Shown: positions 63,608-64,000 of the stretch, one piece after another | How the letters are laid out: every line of letters starts with the position of its first letter | How positions within the stretch are numbered: the first letter of the stretch is position 1 | Virus record (IMG/VR): IMGVR_UViG_3300035704_000001 | Location: 1-64,000 of that record | Origin: a virus | Length of the DNA: 64,000 bases | Direction: 5' to 3' (one strand) | Notes under the pieces: model-generated | The model's input: only the letters and a program-made list of their open reading frames with translations | Database searches by the model: none | What the model was told of the DNA's origin: nothing | Made by a program: the position numbers and the translations under genes

Positions 63608-64000
63608 ATGCCTGCTACTGCACCGAGCTACGAGCGGATCGACGACCTCGCCGAGTTCAGGACGCTGTGCGACCGGCTGGGGTCGGAGAAAAAGCCCATC
63701 GGCTATGACGTCGAGACCGGCTACCTCGGCCCGGACCTGTGGCACGGGGCGCTGCGGGCCGAGATCAACTACCTGGTCTCCGCGCAGCTGACCAACTCCC
63801 CTGACTGGGCCCGGATGGTGCCGCTGGCTTTCGATCACGGCGCCAATCTCGACAACAGGGCAGTAGCCGCGCTGCTGTGGGTGCTGTTTCACCTCACCGA
63901 CGACGAGGGGCTGCCGCTGGTGGTGGCGCACAACGCCTTCGCCGAGCTGCGGTGGACCGCCCGGTTCTTCCTCCGCAACCTGTGGGATCACCCGCTGTTC
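63608..64000 (+). CDS. family A DNA polymerase, N-terminal 3'-5' exonuclease (truncated by window)
   Basis: ExoI GYDVETG and ExoII VAHNAFAEL; open to window end; class II motif CGTATCTAAGGGC-ATG. Confidence 0.8.
   Translation, partial: MPATAPSYERIDDLAEFRTLCDRLGSEKKPIGYDVETGYLGPDLWHGALRAEINYLVSAQLTNSPDWARMVPLAFDHGANLDNRAVAALLWVLFHLTDDEGLPLVVAHNAFAELRWTARFFLRNLWDHPLF

Noticed and set aside
4-64000. Many long minus-strand and off-frame ORFs in the track (e.g. 50200-51810, 36869-38419, 27527-28918)
   Set aside because: Shadows of GC3-biased plus-strand genes, with no RBS or recognisable motifs
1-64000. tRNA genes
   Set aside because: No intergenic cloverleaf with a GTTCRA T-loop seen by eye; tRNAscan-SE/ARAGORN would be decisive

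Overview
High-GC (roughly 70%), densely packed, almost entirely + strand DNA. It reads as part of a large actinobacterial phage genome (inference from gene organisation and content; no capsid, terminase or integrase lies in the window). 0-35 kb is an array of small, mostly unknown genes grouped into cassettes. Each cassette opens with a conserved sigmaA/HrdB-type promoter whose -35 is embedded in the near-palindrome TTGAC-N4-GTCAGGT (23 clear copies). The first gene of most cassettes has the non-canonical leader CAGGG(A/C)AGGCA. Recognisable genes here are an ECF sigma-ZAS fusion, a GGQ release-factor-domain protein, a TGT-fold DpdA-like protein, DUF932, a DUF6927-like protein and an AAA_25 ATPase. 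35-50 kb holds secreted, membrane and fibre-like genes, an RHH regulator and a holin-like gene. 50-64 kb is a replication/transcription block: SNF2 helicase, sigma28-like and ECF-like sigma factors, C5 methyltransferase, DnaB, primase-type Zn finger, delta/delta-prime-like clamp-loader subunits and the start of a family A polymerase. That block uses a second motif, CGTA.TA, placed exactly 13 nt before leaderless ATGs. The most striking observation is a ~1.35 kb stretch with no credible ORF and many long nested helices (15.5-16.87 kb). It has its own class I promoter and is followed directly by the GGQ peptidyl-tRNA-hydrolase-domain gene, suggesting a large ncRNA plus translation-factor system. 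A second ~300 nt structured ncRNA candidate lies at 42.5-42.8 kb. All family calls come from motif recognition by eye; no database searches were run.
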